NCBI GenBank assembly: GCA_030390025.1
Contig: CM059432.1
Coordinates: forward strand, 108,874,001-108,938,000
Direction of reading: 5' to 3'
Source: Squalus acanthias
Lineage: Eukaryota
DNA length: 64,000 nucleotides
Numbering within the stretch: the first letter of the stretch is position 1; every line of letters starts with the position of its first letter. This document shows, piece after piece, positions 13,046 through 26,589 of this stretch. Made by a program: the position numbers and the translations under genes. Below the pieces are notes generated by a model. It was given only the letters and a program-made list of their open reading frames with translations, was not told the origin of the DNA and made no database searches.

Positions 13046-13459
13046 GGATACTGGCCACCAGATGATCAGGCTAGTTCAATTTTATTGTATTTTTTTAAAG
13101 TTTCCTCTGGGCCAGGAAGATTCTTGCTTCTCCTAGCCCAACGACGATACTTTGGGCCTCCCCTGCCTCAGGCTTTCCTACACCTCCACCAATTGAAATT
13201 CCTGATCCCTCCCCACCAGCAATGCGTTACTTACCGTGCAGGGGACCGTTTCCGTGGGTCAGTGGCGTGTCCCCCGCCTAGCAATTTTGACTTGCAACCT
13301 TCAGTGGTGACGTCACTCCCACCGGCTTCGAGCAAAGTCAGGAAATGCTCATGAGGCCCGGAAGTTAAAATCTCGTTGACTGCTTCGGCCCCACCACCCC
13401 CAGTTGTCGAGTTAAAATTGGGGATACAGTTTTTGTCAAGCACAGCTTTAGTATAACAT

Positions 13460-16330
13460 TAAAGCAAAAGCACAATACTGCGGTAATCTAAAGTAACATA
13501 AAATGCTGGAAACGCTCAGCAGGTCAGGCAGCATCTGTGGAGAGAGAAACAGAGTTAACACACGTCGGCGGGTCCATGGCAGGCGACGTCGGTGGCGGGT
13601 CCCGGCCTCACTGCTGGCTCCAGCCCACTGTCCAAAATGATTTTCCCCTGACTGGGCTTGTTAAGCCCGCCCAGTACGTTTGCCGGCCAATTATAGGAAA
13701 CGGTTCTGATGACATCATTTGATGACACGTCATCAGCCGGTTTCCTTTAAGGGACCATGCGCAAATTGATTTTGACAGTTGTGCTGTCAGTGTTGTGCAG
13801 CATTGAGGTGCTGCAAACACTGACAAGCACTGCACAGAGGTGCTCGGCTGCACCCAGGCTCTCCCATGACTCCCAGCACACAGGGAGGTCCTTTTCCCTT
13901 CCAATGGGCAGAAGACACCTCCCCAGGACACCAACGCAGCCTGGTTGCACATTGCACAGGAGGACACAAGCAGGGATGTCATCAGGAGGACCAGGCTGCA
14001 GTGGCGCAAACCTTTCAATGATCTGAGTAGATCACGAAACGTTAGTACAAAGCCACACTCAACCTCATCCCGCTGTGCCACTCATCACATCCCCATCACT
14101 CTGCCTTCCCTACTCTTGCACATCTTTACTCACAGCAACTTACCTTGCACCTCCACCCATCCCGCTCCATCTACATTAACACTTCCCCATCTCACTAGTC
14201 ACTCCTCACACTCACCCTCATCCTAGTCCAATCAAACCAACTAACAACACACAAGGGTTGGCACTTGGATGTTTTAGCCAATGTTCATGTAAAATTTCTG
14301 TTAATGTGATGTCAAATATTGAAAGCTTTATTTTTAACACTTTGCGTTCTTGGACAGATTTGTCTTTGTGCATCTTTGGAAGTGGCTTAGTGAGTTGCAG
14401 TGAATGTTGAGACATAACGGTACCCCCCGCAATGCTGATGAGTGTGAAAGGAATGGCTTGGGCATTGTAGGGATGCTTTATGGTGTTGGTGTGGGGTGGT
14501 GCCAACCTGGCACATCATGAGGCAGCCGGGGTGTACAGCGTCAAGTGAAGTAAATCTGGCCATGGTGAGGCCATCCCTGGCCTCCCGGGCAGCAATGTGG
14601 TTGGGTGCTGACGCCCTCTGTCCTGTGCAGCATCAGTTGATTGCGGAGAAGGTTGGTGTTGTTGTTGGTGCTGCTGGTGTGCCTGGTGCTGCTGGTGTTA
14701 GGACTGATCGTGGTGGGATTCTGAGGACCAAGGTGAGACAGTATAAACCATACCCATTCTGATGTAATAGATGGCAAGTGAACTTGAGATGACAGAAGCA
14801 ATCTGTTAATGGTGAGAGAGGTTGTTCCAATGAGGACACTGGATAGAAAGTTTGTTCCAAACACTTGCAAGCTGCATAAAGCTCAATCTGTCTTCCAAAT
14901 GCAGTAAGCTACAGCTTCTGAGCTTGGAAAGTAATCAGCTGTGAGATGGGAGCTTTTATAGCACATTTGCAGCTGTCAAGTAATGAGATGATTCCATTCA
15001 ACACCCTCCCAGCTTACCTGACGTGATCCCCGAGCAGCGTGGACCCCTTGGGCGATCTGGTAAGCTCTGAAGGTGAGTTGAAAATAGTTCTTAATGCTCT
15101 GTTAACAAGGACCTTAATTGCCTCCCCCGCCGCTGCATGTCGGGTCTGCTCAGCGATGACAGACCCGACATTTGGGAAAGGCGCGTGGCGGCGGGTTCAC
15201 AGCGGGGTCCCGACCCGCAGTCAAAAAAAACTATTTTCCCACCTGACCCGCCACCGATCGCGCTCGCTGACCCCCCTGGAAAATTCCCCCCAACGTTTCA
15301 GGTCAGTGACCTTTCATGAGAACTGGAAGAAGTTAGAGATTCAACCGTTTATAAGCAAGTACAGAGCCAGGGAAAAGTGGGGATGGGAGAAGGAAAGAAC
15401 AAAGGGGAAGGTCTGTGATAGGGTGGAGGGCAGAAGTTATTAAATGACAAAAGGGCTGATGGTGTAAGGCAAAAAGGGGGGTAATAGGACAAGTAAAGAA
15501 ACAAAAGATGGGTCTGGAGGAGGTGTAAATGGTAACAGCAGAATCATTACCAACAGTTGCTGTCCGAGATAATGGGAGCAGTGGTTATGATCTAAAATTG
15601 TTGAATTCAGTGGTTGCGCTGTAAGGCTGTAAAGTGCCTAATCGAAAGATGAGGTGCTGTTCCTCAAGCTTGCGTCGAGCTTCATTGGAACAGTGTAGGA
15701 GGCCGAGGACAGAGAGGTCAGAATGTGAGTGGGTGGAAAATTAAAATGGCAAACGAACGGAAGCTCACGGTCACACTTAGAGACTGAATAGAAGTGTTCG
15801 GCAAAGCGATCACCCAATCTACATTTGGTTTCCCCAATGTAGAGGAGACCGCATCGTGAGCAGCGAATACAGTATACCAAATTGCAAGAAGTACAAGTAA
15901 ATTGCTGTTTCACCTGGAAGGAGTGATTGGGGCCCTGGATGGTGGGAAGGGAGGAGGTGGAAGGGCAGAGTGTTGCATCTCCTGCGCTTGCATGAGAAGG
16001 TGCTGGGAGTAGGGGAACGGGTGTTCGAAAAGTGCATAAGGGTGTCACGGAGGGAAGGGTTCTTTCGGAGTGCTTAAAGGGAAGGGTAAGATGTGTTTTG
16101 TGGTGGCATTGGGCTGGAGGTGACGGTAATAGCGGAGGATGATCCATTGAATGTGGAGGCTGGTGGGGTCTAAGGTGAGAACAAGAGGGACCCTAATGTA
16201 GTTCTGGGAGGGAGGGGAAGTTGTGAGGGCAGAAGTGTGGGAAATAGGACGATCACGGTCGTGGCCCTTGTCAGGCACAGTGGAGGGGAATCCACAGTTG
16301 AGGAAAAAGGAAGACATATTGGAAGCATTT
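13460..16330 (-). mobile_element. PLE-A copy (GIY-YIG region plus pLTR) split by a Harbinger insertion
   Basis: pLTR 13460-13558 joins 15292 onward to restore gagttaacgtttcagg; NLVYCIRCSRCGLLYIGET GIY-YIG motif at ~15830-15900. Confidence 0.85.
13559..15290. mobile_element. Internally deleted PIF/Harbinger transposon (Myb/SANT remnant on +, transposase C-terminus on -)
   Basis: + strand ~13845-14040 reads AAPRLS..REVLFPSNGQKTPPQDTNAAWLHIAQE..RRTRLQWRKPFNDL (Myb/SANT-like); - strand ~14545-14620 reads HIAAREARDGLTMARFT; right TIR ggaaaattccccc. Confidence 0.7.
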
Positions 16331-16374
16331 TATTACACTTTATTATAGTTATTTTATAGATATATTATAGATGC

Positions 16375-16830
16375 TATACCTATCAGGAAAGATTGAACAT
16401 GCTGGGGCTCTTTTCTCTAGAAAAGGGAAGACTGAGGGGGTGATCTGATAGAGGTCTTCAAGATTATGAAAGGGGTTAAAAGGGTAGACGTAGAGAAGAT
16501 GTTTCCACTTGCGGGCGAGACCAAAACTAGCAGCCATGAATATAAGATAGTCACAAATAAATCCAGTAGGGAATTCAGGTGAAACTTCTTTACCCAGAGA
16601 GTGGTTAGAATGTGGAACTCACTACCACAGGGAGTAGTTGAGGCGAATAGCATAGATGCATTCAAGGGGAAACTAGATAAGCACATGAGGGAGAAAGGAA
16701 TAGAAGGATATGGTGATGGAGTTAGATGAAGAAGGGTGGGAGGAGATTCATGTGGAGCATAAACGCTGGCATGAACCTGTTGGGCCAAAATGGCCCGTTT
16801 CTGTGCTGTGAACACTTTGTACTACTTTGT
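16375..16830 (+). mobile_element. CR1 LINE 3' fragment
   Basis: Degenerate ORF2 end (RLRGDLIEVFKIMKG...MWNSLP) plus UTR. Confidence 0.85.
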
Positions 16831-16832
16831 AA

Positions 16833-17010
16833 CACTTCCTCCCACCCCACTTCCTGTAAAGACTATTCCATTCTCCATGTTTCTCCGTCTCCGTTGTATC
16901 TGTTCCAATGATGCCACCTTCCATACCAGTGCTTCTGATATGTATTCCTTTTTCCTCCCTCCCTGAACCACGATAGAGTCCTCCTTGTTTTCACTTTCCA
17001 CCCAACTACC
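16833..17010 (+). mobile_element. PLE-A internal fragment
   Basis: TSSHPTSCKD..PFS..RLRCICSNDATFHTSASD-like sequence homologous to 55700-55820 (-). Confidence 0.7.
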
Positions 17011-17214
17011 CCATCAGGTGGGCCTGAGCAGGGGCCAGCAATGGCCTTCGGGACTGCTGTGGAACTGGGAGGAGCAGGACAGCACTGATTTATAAACACT
17101 TACTAATAACTAATATTACATTGTATCTTCTGAAATTAATTTGGGGCCCTGAACGGTGCGAAGGGAGGAAGTGAAAAGGCAGGTGTTGCATCTCCTGCGC
17201 TTGCATGGTAAACA

Positions 17215-17570
17215 GAGAGAAGAGAGGGGATCAAAGTAGGGGAGAGAGGAGAGGGGATCAAAGGGGAGAGAGTAGAGGGGATCGAAGGGGAGAGAGGAGA
17301 GGGGATCGAAGGGGAGAGAGGAGAGGGGATCAAAGGGGAGAGAGTAGAGGGGATCGAAGGGGAGAGAGGAGAGGGGATCGAAGGGGAGAGAGGAGAGGGG
17401 ATCAAAGGGGAGAGAGTAGAGGGGATCGAAGGGGAGAGAGGAGAGGGGATTGAAGGGGAGAGAGGAGAGGGGATCGAAGGGGAGAGAGGAGAGGGGATAG
17501 AAGGGGAGAGAGGAGAGGGGATCGAAGGGGAGAGAGGAGAGGGGATAGAAGGGGGGGAGAAGAGGGAATC
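17215..17570. repeat. Polypurine minisatellite, 24-nt unit GAGGAGAGGGGATCGAAGGGGAGA
   Basis: About 14 tandem units visible; 8-aa periodicity in the ORF track. Confidence 0.95.
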
Positions 17571-17574
17571 GAGG

Positions 17575-17835
17575 GTCGGAGAAGAGCTCAGAGAGGAGCT
17601 CGGAGAGGGGAGAGAGGAGCTCGGAGAGGGGAGGGAGGAGCTCAGAGAGGGGAGAGAGGAGCTTGGAGAGGGGAGAGAGGAGCTCGGAGAGGGGAGAGAG
17701 GAGCTCGCAGGGGGAGAGAGGAGCTCACAGCGGGAGAGAGGAGCTCGCAGGGGGAGAGAGGAGCTCGCAGGGGGACAGAGGAGCTCGCAGGGGGAGAGAG
17801 GAGCTCGGAGAGGGGAGAGAGGAGCTCAGAGAGGT
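17575..17835. repeat. Minisatellite, 20-21-nt unit GAGAGGAGCTCG(GAGA/CA)GGGGA
   Basis: Tandem units visible directly. Confidence 0.9.
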
Positions 17836-18179
17836 GGAGGTCAGGAACTCGGGGGGGGGGGGAGAAGGTCAAGAGCACGGGGTGGGAGAAGGTCAGGAAC
17901 TCGGGCAGAGGAGGTCAGAAACTTGTTGGGGGGTGGAGCACGGTGAGAACAGTGGGGAGAGGGAAAGAACATAATCCATGTCTAAAGGAGGGAGGAAATG
18001 AGAGCAAGAACGTGGAACGTGATCTAGATAGGAACAACGTTCCCTATATGCTGCGCGGCCATGCAGCTCTCTGTCGGTCCCGCACAGCCCAGGATTGGCT
18101 ATTGCAATGTTAAAGTTCTATGAATGGGCCGCACAGCCCCTTAAATGGGCTGCGCACCCAAAAAGAGGTACAAGGAACA

Positions 18180-21145
18180 TTGGATGGAAAAAGAGGAGGA
18201 CCAGGCAGGTAGTGCAGGAGTCCCCAGAGTGCATCTCGCTCTCCAACCAGTATTCTGTTCTGAGTACTGGTGAGGGCGATGGTTCCACTGGGGAGTGCAG
18301 CCAGAGCCAAGTCCACAGCACCACGGGTGGCTCAGCTGCACGAGGGGGAGGAAAAAGAGTGGAAGAGCAATAGTGGTAGGGGATTCGATAGTTAGGGGAG
18401 CAGACAGGCATTTCTGCAGCCGCAGACGTGACTCCAGGATAGTATGTTGCCTCCCTGGTGCCAGGGTCAAGGATGTCACTGAGCGGCTGCAGGACACTCT
18501 GAGGGGGGAGAGTGAACAGCCAGAGGTCGTTGTCCATATCGGTACAAACGACATAGGCAGAATGAGGGATGAGGTCCTGCAGGCAGAGGTTAGGGAGCTA
18601 GGAGAGAGATTAAAAAGCAGGACCTCAAAGGTAGTAATCTCCAGATTACTCCCGGTGCCACGTGCTAGTGAGTACAGGAATAGGAGGATAGAACAGATGA
18701 ATGCGTGGCTGGAGAGATGGTGCAGGAGGGAGGGCTTTAGATTGCTGAGGCATTGGGACCATTTCTGGGAAAGGTGGGACCTGTACAATCGGACGGGTTA
18801 CACCTCAACAGAGCCAGGACCAATATCCTCGTGGGGAGGTTTGCTAGTGCTGTTGGGGAGGGTTTAAACTAGCTTGGCAGGGGGATGGGCACCAGCATAT
18901 AGGAGCAGAAAAGAGGAATAAGGTGCACAAAAGAGTGAGTATATTTGATAGTACTAGAGAAGAAAGTAGTACTAGAGGCGGAAGTAGTACCATATTAGAT
19001 AGAAGCAGACTAAGAAAGACTATGAAAAATTCAAAAATGGGTTTAGAATGCAGGTACGTAAATGCACAACGTGTTGTGAATAAGGTTGGTGAGCTACAAG
19101 CACAATTAGCCATGTGGCAATATGGTGTTGTGGCAATAACGGAAACGTGGCTTAAAAACGGTGATGACTGGGCACTTAATATTCAAGGGTGCAGGGTGTT
19201 TAGAAAAGATAGGGAAGGAAAAAAGGGATGTGGGGTGGCACTGCTGATTAAGGAAGACATTGTAGTGTTGGAAAGGGAGGATGTTCTTGAGGGGACAAGG
19301 ACAAAATCCATTTGGTTAGAGTTGAGGAGCAAAAAGGGTATGATTACGCTATTGGTATTCTATAGGCCTCCAAATAGTGAGAGGGAGATAGAGGAGCAAA
19401 TCTGCAGGGAAATCGCAGAGATATGCAAGAGCTATAGAGTGGTGATATTGGGGGACTTAATTACCCAAATATCAATTGGGATAATGCTAGGGTAAAGGGA
19501 AAGGAGGGGGAGGAATTTATGAAATGTGTTCAGGAGAATTTCCTTGACCAGTATGTTCTTGGCCCAACTAGGAAGAGGGCATTGCTGGACCTGATGCTGG
19601 GGAATGAGGTGGGCCAGGTCGACCAAGTGTCTGTGGGAGAACACTTGGGTACGAATGATCATCGTATCATAAGATTTAGATTAGCAATGGAGAGGAGCAA
19701 GGAACAATCTAGAGTGGAACTTCTAAACTGGAATAGGGCTAACTTCAATGGGATGTGAAAAGATCTAGCCAGGGTAAAATGGAACCAAAGACTGACAGGA
19801 AAAACTGTAACGGAACAATGGGTGATCTTTAAGGAGGAGATGTTCCAAGTACAGGCTAGGTACATTCCAACAAGAGGGAAGGGTAAGGGAACCAAAGCAA
19901 GGGCTCCTTGGATGACGAGGGAGATAGAGAAGATGATGAAACAAAAAAAGAGGATGTATGATGCATGTCAGGTGAATTCTTCAAGGGAGAACCAGACCAA
20001 ATTCAATAAGTTGAGAGGGGAAGTGAAGATGAAAATAAGATTGTCAAAGAGAGAATATGAGAGTAGAATGGCGGTTAACATAAAAGGGAACCCAAAAATC
20101 TTCTACCGGCATGTAAACAGTAAGCGGGTAGTAAGAGGCGGGTTGGGGCGTATTAGAGACAAAAAAGGTGATATATGCTTAGAGGTGCAGGGCAAGGCTA
20201 GAATACACAATGAGTACTTAGTATCGGTGTTTACTAAGGAGGTGGATGCTGACAAAATATCGGTAGAAGTGGAAAAGGTAGAAGCAATGGAAGGGATGAA
20301 AATTGATAGACAGGATGTACTAGAAAGGCTGGGTATGCTTAGAGTGGATAAGTCGCCTGGTCCAGATGGCTTGCATCCCAGGTTGCTAAGGGATTTGGGG
20401 GAGGAGATAGCGGAAGGACTTACCATAATTTTCCAACCCTCCCTAGAAGCAGGGGAGGTGCCTGAGGATTGGAAAGTGGCAAATGTGACACCATTGTTCA
20501 AGAAAGGGTGTAAGGACAATCCTAATAACTACAGGCCGGTCAGTTTAACATCAGTGGTGGGTAAAGTTTTAGACACAATAATCAAGGAAAAAATTAACGG
20601 GTGCTTGGAGAGGTTTAAACTAATTAAAGAGAGCCAACACGGATTGGCTTGGATAAGGAATTGGCTTAAGGACAGAAAACAGTGAGTTGTGGTAAATGGC
20701 TGTTTTTCAGACTGGAGGATGGTAGACAGTGGTGTTCCCCAAGGGTCAGTGCTGGGGCCACTGCTTTTTTTGATATGTATAAATGACCTGGATATTGGAA
20801 TACAGAGTAGAATTTCTAAATTTGCCGATGACACAAATTTGGGGGTGTGGCAAACAGTGAGGATGATGCCAATCAACTGCAACAGGACATAGAAAGGTTA
20901 GCAGAATGGGCAGACAAGTGGCAGATGGAATTTAATACAGAGAAGTGTGAAGTGATGCATTTTGGCAGAAGGAACAGGGAGAGGCAATATACACTTAATG
21001 GCACAGTTTTAAAGAGTGTGCAGGGACAGAGGGACCTGGGAGTTAATGTGCATCGGTCCCTGAAGGTGGCTGGACATATTGAGAGAGTGGTTAGCAAAGC
21101 ATATGGGATCTTGGGCTTCATAAATAGAGGTATTGAGCACAAAAC
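18180..21145 (+). mobile_element. CR1 LINE with SGNH-esterase ORF1 and APE-RT ORF2, defective
   Basis: VVGDSIVRG / VVVHIGTNDI (esterase); YVNAQ, VAITETW, FYRPP (APE); [21 protein letters not shown] (RT); frameshifts, deletion ~20645, 3' truncated. Confidence 0.95.
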
Positions 21146-21984
21146 AAAATAATAATGGGTTTATACATAAATCATTTTTAAAGTGAAGCATTGTGTTTTT
21201 ACTTGTGTTGCTGATGGGTAAAAGCTGAAGGCATTTTAAGCTGTTTCATGATGTCATGAGGAAGTTATTATGACACCAGAGCAGATTTTTGTGACGTCAA
21301 AAAGGAAATAAAGGTTAATTTGCGGAAAGTTTTGGAACAAAACTATTGTGGATGACACACTCTCTGCAGTGCAATACGAGACAATATAATGGATAGAATG
21401 TATTGTGTTTGGCAAGCAAAGTCCTCTCAGTACTTTCCAGTCCAATGTATTATAATATATTTCATCTCCCACGCACAATTCTGCTTATTTCCCACTCTTT
21501 AGCCCTGATTTTAACTGGGGGTGATGGTCGAGCACCAGTCTTGCCATCATGAAGCTCAAGCCATTTTAACACATGGGATTCATTTCAATAAGTTAGGCTC
21601 AACTCTCACCCAAACGCAGTGTCAATGACATGAGCAGGGCAGGAGGCCGCCGCTGAGGACACATGGGAACGGTCCCCAGCAGAGATAAGTCTGGGAGGGG
21701 GGAGTCTGGAGGCAATGGTGAGGGGAGGGAAGCCCAGGGCAGGGGCAGCCCTATGGTTTCCTTGCGGGGACCAGAGAAACACACCAGGTTGGGTTAAAAT
21801 TACCCCCTCAGTCTTTGTCTTCCATTCTTTTTCTCTCCCTCTGGTATGTTTGTCACAACCACTTCTCTGTGTGATGTATGTAGCACTCTGCCTCACTCTT
21901 TTTCTTACTCCCCCTTTTTTTGCTTGTCTGTGTGGCTTTCACGCATGTTCCTTTGCTAATGTAACCAATATCTCACCTTTTCTA

Positions 21985-23150
21985 AGGCCGAGAATACACA
22001 GTATGCAACATAGAGCGAGTTGGAGGTGAGAATGAGGAGAGATATGTCTCTCCTCCAACAAGGAAAGAAGCGTTGCTTGACTTAGTGCTGAAGTGTGACA
22101 CATAACTGATGTGAAAGTAAGCAACCAATTTGGAAATAGTGACCACAACATAGTTAGGTTCTTTGTGAAATAGAGCAGGATAATGATGAAGTCAAATGTA
22201 AGGCTACTGGTTTGGAAAAGACTAAGTTCAGTGAGATAAGAAGGGATCTCATGCAAGACAACAGAGCTGAGAAATTAGCAAACAACAACATCTTGTATTT
22301 ATATATCGCCTTTATTGTCGTAAAACGCCCAAGGCGCTTTACAGGAGTGTTATCAAACAAATTTTGACACTGAGCCACATAAGGCGATATTGGGGCAGAT
22401 TATAAAAAGCTTGGTCTAAGAGGTAGGTTTTAACAAGGCAACAGAGCAGTAGTGAGGAATCTTCAATGTAAGATAGACAAAAAATATATTTCTATAAGGG
22501 GAAGGGTGCATCACAGGATAGAGTTCTGTGGATAAACGGATTAAAACTAAACTAAAACTTAAAAGAGAGGCATATAATCAAACTAGAGCTAACAGTATAA
22601 AAAACCATGAGAAATATAGAGCTTGTACTGAGGAGGTGAAAAGGAGGAGAAGGGAATATGAAAAAGGCTAGCATATAATATAAAAATAAATAGTAATGGT
22701 TTTTGTAAGCATATAAAAAGTAAAAGAATATTAAAGAGAGGGTAGGACTGCTCAGGGATGAAGGGAAGAATCGATTGGGGAGGGTTCATGTATGGTAATG
22801 TATATTCAGATTCAGTGTTTACAATTGGGAATGGAAATGAGAATGTAGGTGTACCAGAGAAGGACATGGAGATAGCTGCAGAAAAGGTTTTGGTTCTGAA
22901 AGCATTAACAGAAGGTGAATAAGTCACCAGACTCTAATGGCACGCACCCAAGGCTGTTGAAGGAATTCAGAGAGGAGGCGGCAGCGGCGCTGACAGCACA
23001 TTTTCAATCCTCTTTAAAAATGCAAATTGTGCCAAGAAGCTGGAGGGTAACCAATGTAACACCCTTGTTGCAGAAGAGAGAGAAGGAAAAATCGGGTAAC
23101 TATAGACCAGTTGGTCAAACATCACTTGTGGACAAACTATTAGAATCCAT
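21985..23150 (+). mobile_element. Highly degraded CR1 ORF2 fragment containing an L2-like 3' end (~22278-22432, -)
   Basis: NKSPDSNGTHPRLLKE..WRVTNVTPL..NYRPV; aacaacaacatcttgtatttatatatcgccttt L2-type tail. Confidence 0.7.
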
Positions 23151-23479
23151 GGAGGCGATTTTTGTCCCCGTTTTCAAGCAGGAATCGGGCGGTAGTGGTG
23201 CGGGGCTCCCGATCCGCATGCCAGCATGTCTGTTTGAGCTTTCACATGGGTGTCTCAGGCACCTGCCTGTTTCAGGTGGAAACCCAACTTATAATATAAA
23301 ATTGGGGTTTTACACTGATTGTAGGACGAGCACAACCCTCATTTCAATATCGACATGAGGGTCCTGCACCTGTTTCAGGAGCTGTTTGTAAAATTCATGA
23401 AGACTAGTCGGAGTTTGCGCTGCTCCCCTCCCACTCCTTCTGCCTCCACAGTAATATTGTGGGCCGCTGCCAGCCCGTG

Positions 23480-24295
23480 TTCGACCCCCTGGATGATGCA
23501 CTCCAGTCCCCGCGGTGCCCACCGGTCGCGGAAGGCCTCGAGCGTGCCGGCGGACACCGCGTGCTCCATCTCCAGGGCCACCTGGGCGCGAACGTGGCCT
23601 CGGAAGAGAGGCAGGCAATCGGGCCGAACGACCCCCTCGACTGCCCGCTGCCTGGACCAGTTAATGGCCACTTTGGCCAGGCCCAGGAGCAGTCCTACGA
23701 GGAGGTCCTCCGATCTGCCCGCTCCCCTCCGCACCGGGTGACCAAAGATCAGGAGCGTGGGATTGAAGTGCAGCCAAAAATCGAGGAGCAGCCCCTTCAA
23801 ATAATGGAAGAGAGGCTGCAACCTCTCACATTCGATACAGGTTGAGCGTCCCGAATCCGGCAACCTCGGGACCGAGGCCGAGCCGGTTTCCGGGTTTTTC
23901 CGGACTTCGGAACGTGTTTCTGATGTCCGAAGTCCGGAAACGAATATTTCCGGACTTCGGACATCAGAAACACGTGCCGAGTCCTGAAATGCCTAGGCCC
24001 AGGTTGCGCTATTTCCGGTTTGGTAAGCCTCCCTCAGGGTGTCCAGATTCCGGAACATTTTACGGATTCCGGACCCCTGCCACCAATCGTCCCGGATTCC
24101 GGAACATTCCGGATTCCGGAACTCCGTATTTGGGACACTCAACCTGTATATATGTGGAACATGGACTCCTCCAGGCTGCAGAAAAGGCAGGCGGCCTGGG
24201 GGTCCGTGAACCTACTTAAAACCTTATTGCACAGGACTGCTCCATGCAACATCCTCCAGGCCAAGTCCCCAATAGATAAAGGGAGCTTGCCAGTG
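23480..24295 (-). mobile_element. L1/Tx1-like non-LTR retrotransposon, ORF2 C-terminal fragment
   Basis: GDLAWRMLHGAV..ACLFCSLEESMFHIY|IECERLQPLF..LLLGLAKVAI: CCHC knuckle, contiguous once the MITE is removed. Confidence 0.8.
23838..24146. mobile_element. Tc1/mariner-superfamily (Tigger/pogo-like) MITE
   Basis: TIRs CAGGTTGAGCGTCCCGAAT / ATTTGGGACACTCAACCTG, TA duplication, internal TCCGGA repeats. Confidence 0.85.
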
Positions 24296-26589
24296 TTAGG
24301 TTAATGAGGCCCGAGGACCAATATCTGACCTCAGGCCTGCCTCTTCTAGAGGGCGCATCAAACAATGCAACTATGTTGCACCCGTATTCAGGCACCAATA
24401 AATGTAGGCGCTATTATGCCTTTGTGGGCCCAACAAAACTAGCTGAGAGCTGGTATGAGTTCCATTCCAGCCCTAGTAAAAACTCCCAAGACTGCCCAGG
24501 ACAAAGGTAATGGATCCTGAATGGGATACATAAACTTCAAATTTATGCTAACTTGCTCCTTTAGAAACAGAAGAAAATGTAATTAACCTTTCCCTGCAGA
24601 CCTTTCCAGGCCCTTCTGATATTCCTGTCAGTTGTCAGGGTGGACACCTTTGATGTGCAAGCACAGGGCACCGATTTATGATGGGACCTGCATCCCTGGT
24701 CATGAGTGGATGGGAGTCCCACGCCACTGCACTTCCACCAGTGTAACAGGACTCCTAGGATTTCATGCCCATTGAGTATTGTATAGGTAAGTTTAATCAA
24801 TTCGGGGCATTTTATGTCTTTACTATGGAACAAAGTACAAGGTTTCTCAGTTTGATAAGAGTCCAAAATGACAGTCCAAATGATTTTTAAAAATTGGAAA
24901 GATTTAGTTGGTCCTCTTTTTTCATTGGTAGATTTTGGTTATTATTAATTGGTTGTTTTCAAAAGTCCTTTGCTTTTCATTAGTAGCTTATGTACTTAAT
25001 TTTGATTGCTACATTCCCTCCCTATGATTTGTTACAATTTTATGAATATGGAATTTGAAGTGTGATGCATATTTTCCATATCAAGTGTGATTCCTGAGCC
25101 TTGATAGACTCAGACTCATGCTAGATGCAAGATTTTATATATACTAGCAAATCTCCCATGGCATTGCTCATGGTGAGTAAGAGTTTAAAATACTGCGAGG
25201 AGGAGGTGGTGCACATCTCCTCTGAAAGAATTTGGAAAGAAGTTTATAAGAGATTTCTCCAGAGACAGAGAAATGTTTCTGATTGGTTCCTGGAAAATAA
25301 ATTAATAGTGTGTTGTTTACTCACTGCAAGTAGATAAACAAATGAACAAGTACCATAGTTACTGAAATACATAGCTGCATAGGGGAGCAGCTCTTCACAT
25401 TTGCCTGTTTAGAGTGTGGCATTTCTATACTAAAGAAATATATAAAACCTGACTTTAGTCTTTTCTTATTTGCATTGTTCCTTCTCTGTTGACTATCTCT
25501 CCTACAGTATTAGTCTAAGCACAACCTGTTGGTAAAACATTTAAAATTCAGGACTTTTATTCAAAATTCTCTCCAAAAAATAATAGCACAGTCCTTCCAC
25601 ATCCATCTACATTGTTTCTTTATATGAACATTCATTGATTTCAAGTTCTCAGCATAAACAAATGAAAGAAATGCAGCTGGTCGAGATTATAACATTACTG
25701 AAGAGGTTAGTGTCAAACCTACTAAAGGGTAGAAAGAGAAAGGAGCTCCTGGTATATCTGAAACATTGCTTCAATTGAGGGATAAATAAATCAAGAGCTA
25801 CATGCTCTGTAGCCTGTGTATTATTTGGCATTTCTGACAGAATTGATTTCTTCCTACAAAAGTCAACCCTACTTAAGATACATAGAGAGGAGAGGTTTGT
25901 GTGCAAGATTCCAAGGCCAGTTGTGAAGGATGAACCTGCAGATGGAGTTCTAGGGTTTCAGTTCACTGATGTGCGGCTGCCAAGAGTGTCATGCAAATCT
26001 TCCAGGCACCCGTACACAAGTGAATTGTAAAGTTTCAAAAGTAGGATTGAAAAATCATACCTATCATGTGAAAAAAAGCAATATTAAATTGTAAGAACCC
26101 ATCACCAATGACAACAACATGAAATGGAGATGACAGAATAGTTGTTAATAGAAATACTGAAATCAGAAAGAAGGTTAGGTTTATTATTGATTCTTAATTC
26201 AATAAAAGGAATATGGTAAATCAACAGTGGTTCATGAGATGGACAGAGAGGAATTACGAGGAAGTCATAGATTACTGTAAGACAAAATGTTGACTACGAC
26301 AAAGAGCTGGAATAAAAACAGAAATGGAGAAATTGACCAGAAGCATTAGAAAGGCACCTGAATACAGGTGAAATATTTCCTAGTCTATAGTTCTGTTTCA
26401 ATAAGTGCTCATTTGTCCAAAAGTCTGCAAAGTTTTCTACATTTTTAGATAGTTTAAAACCTATGTATTTTATACTATAATTAAAATGGCAAAAAGCTTC
26501 TCCAAAAATAACGTACAATAATGCCTTTGTCAAATTTTGATATAATAATTTGTTACTCGTTATATCTTTTGCACTAATTGTCAGCTAGG

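Noticed and set aside
17136..17974. Repetitive-protein ORFs (PSPLSPSI, GERRGDRR) or a CRISPR-like array
   Set aside because: Translations of minisatellites; no unique spacers; vertebrate context
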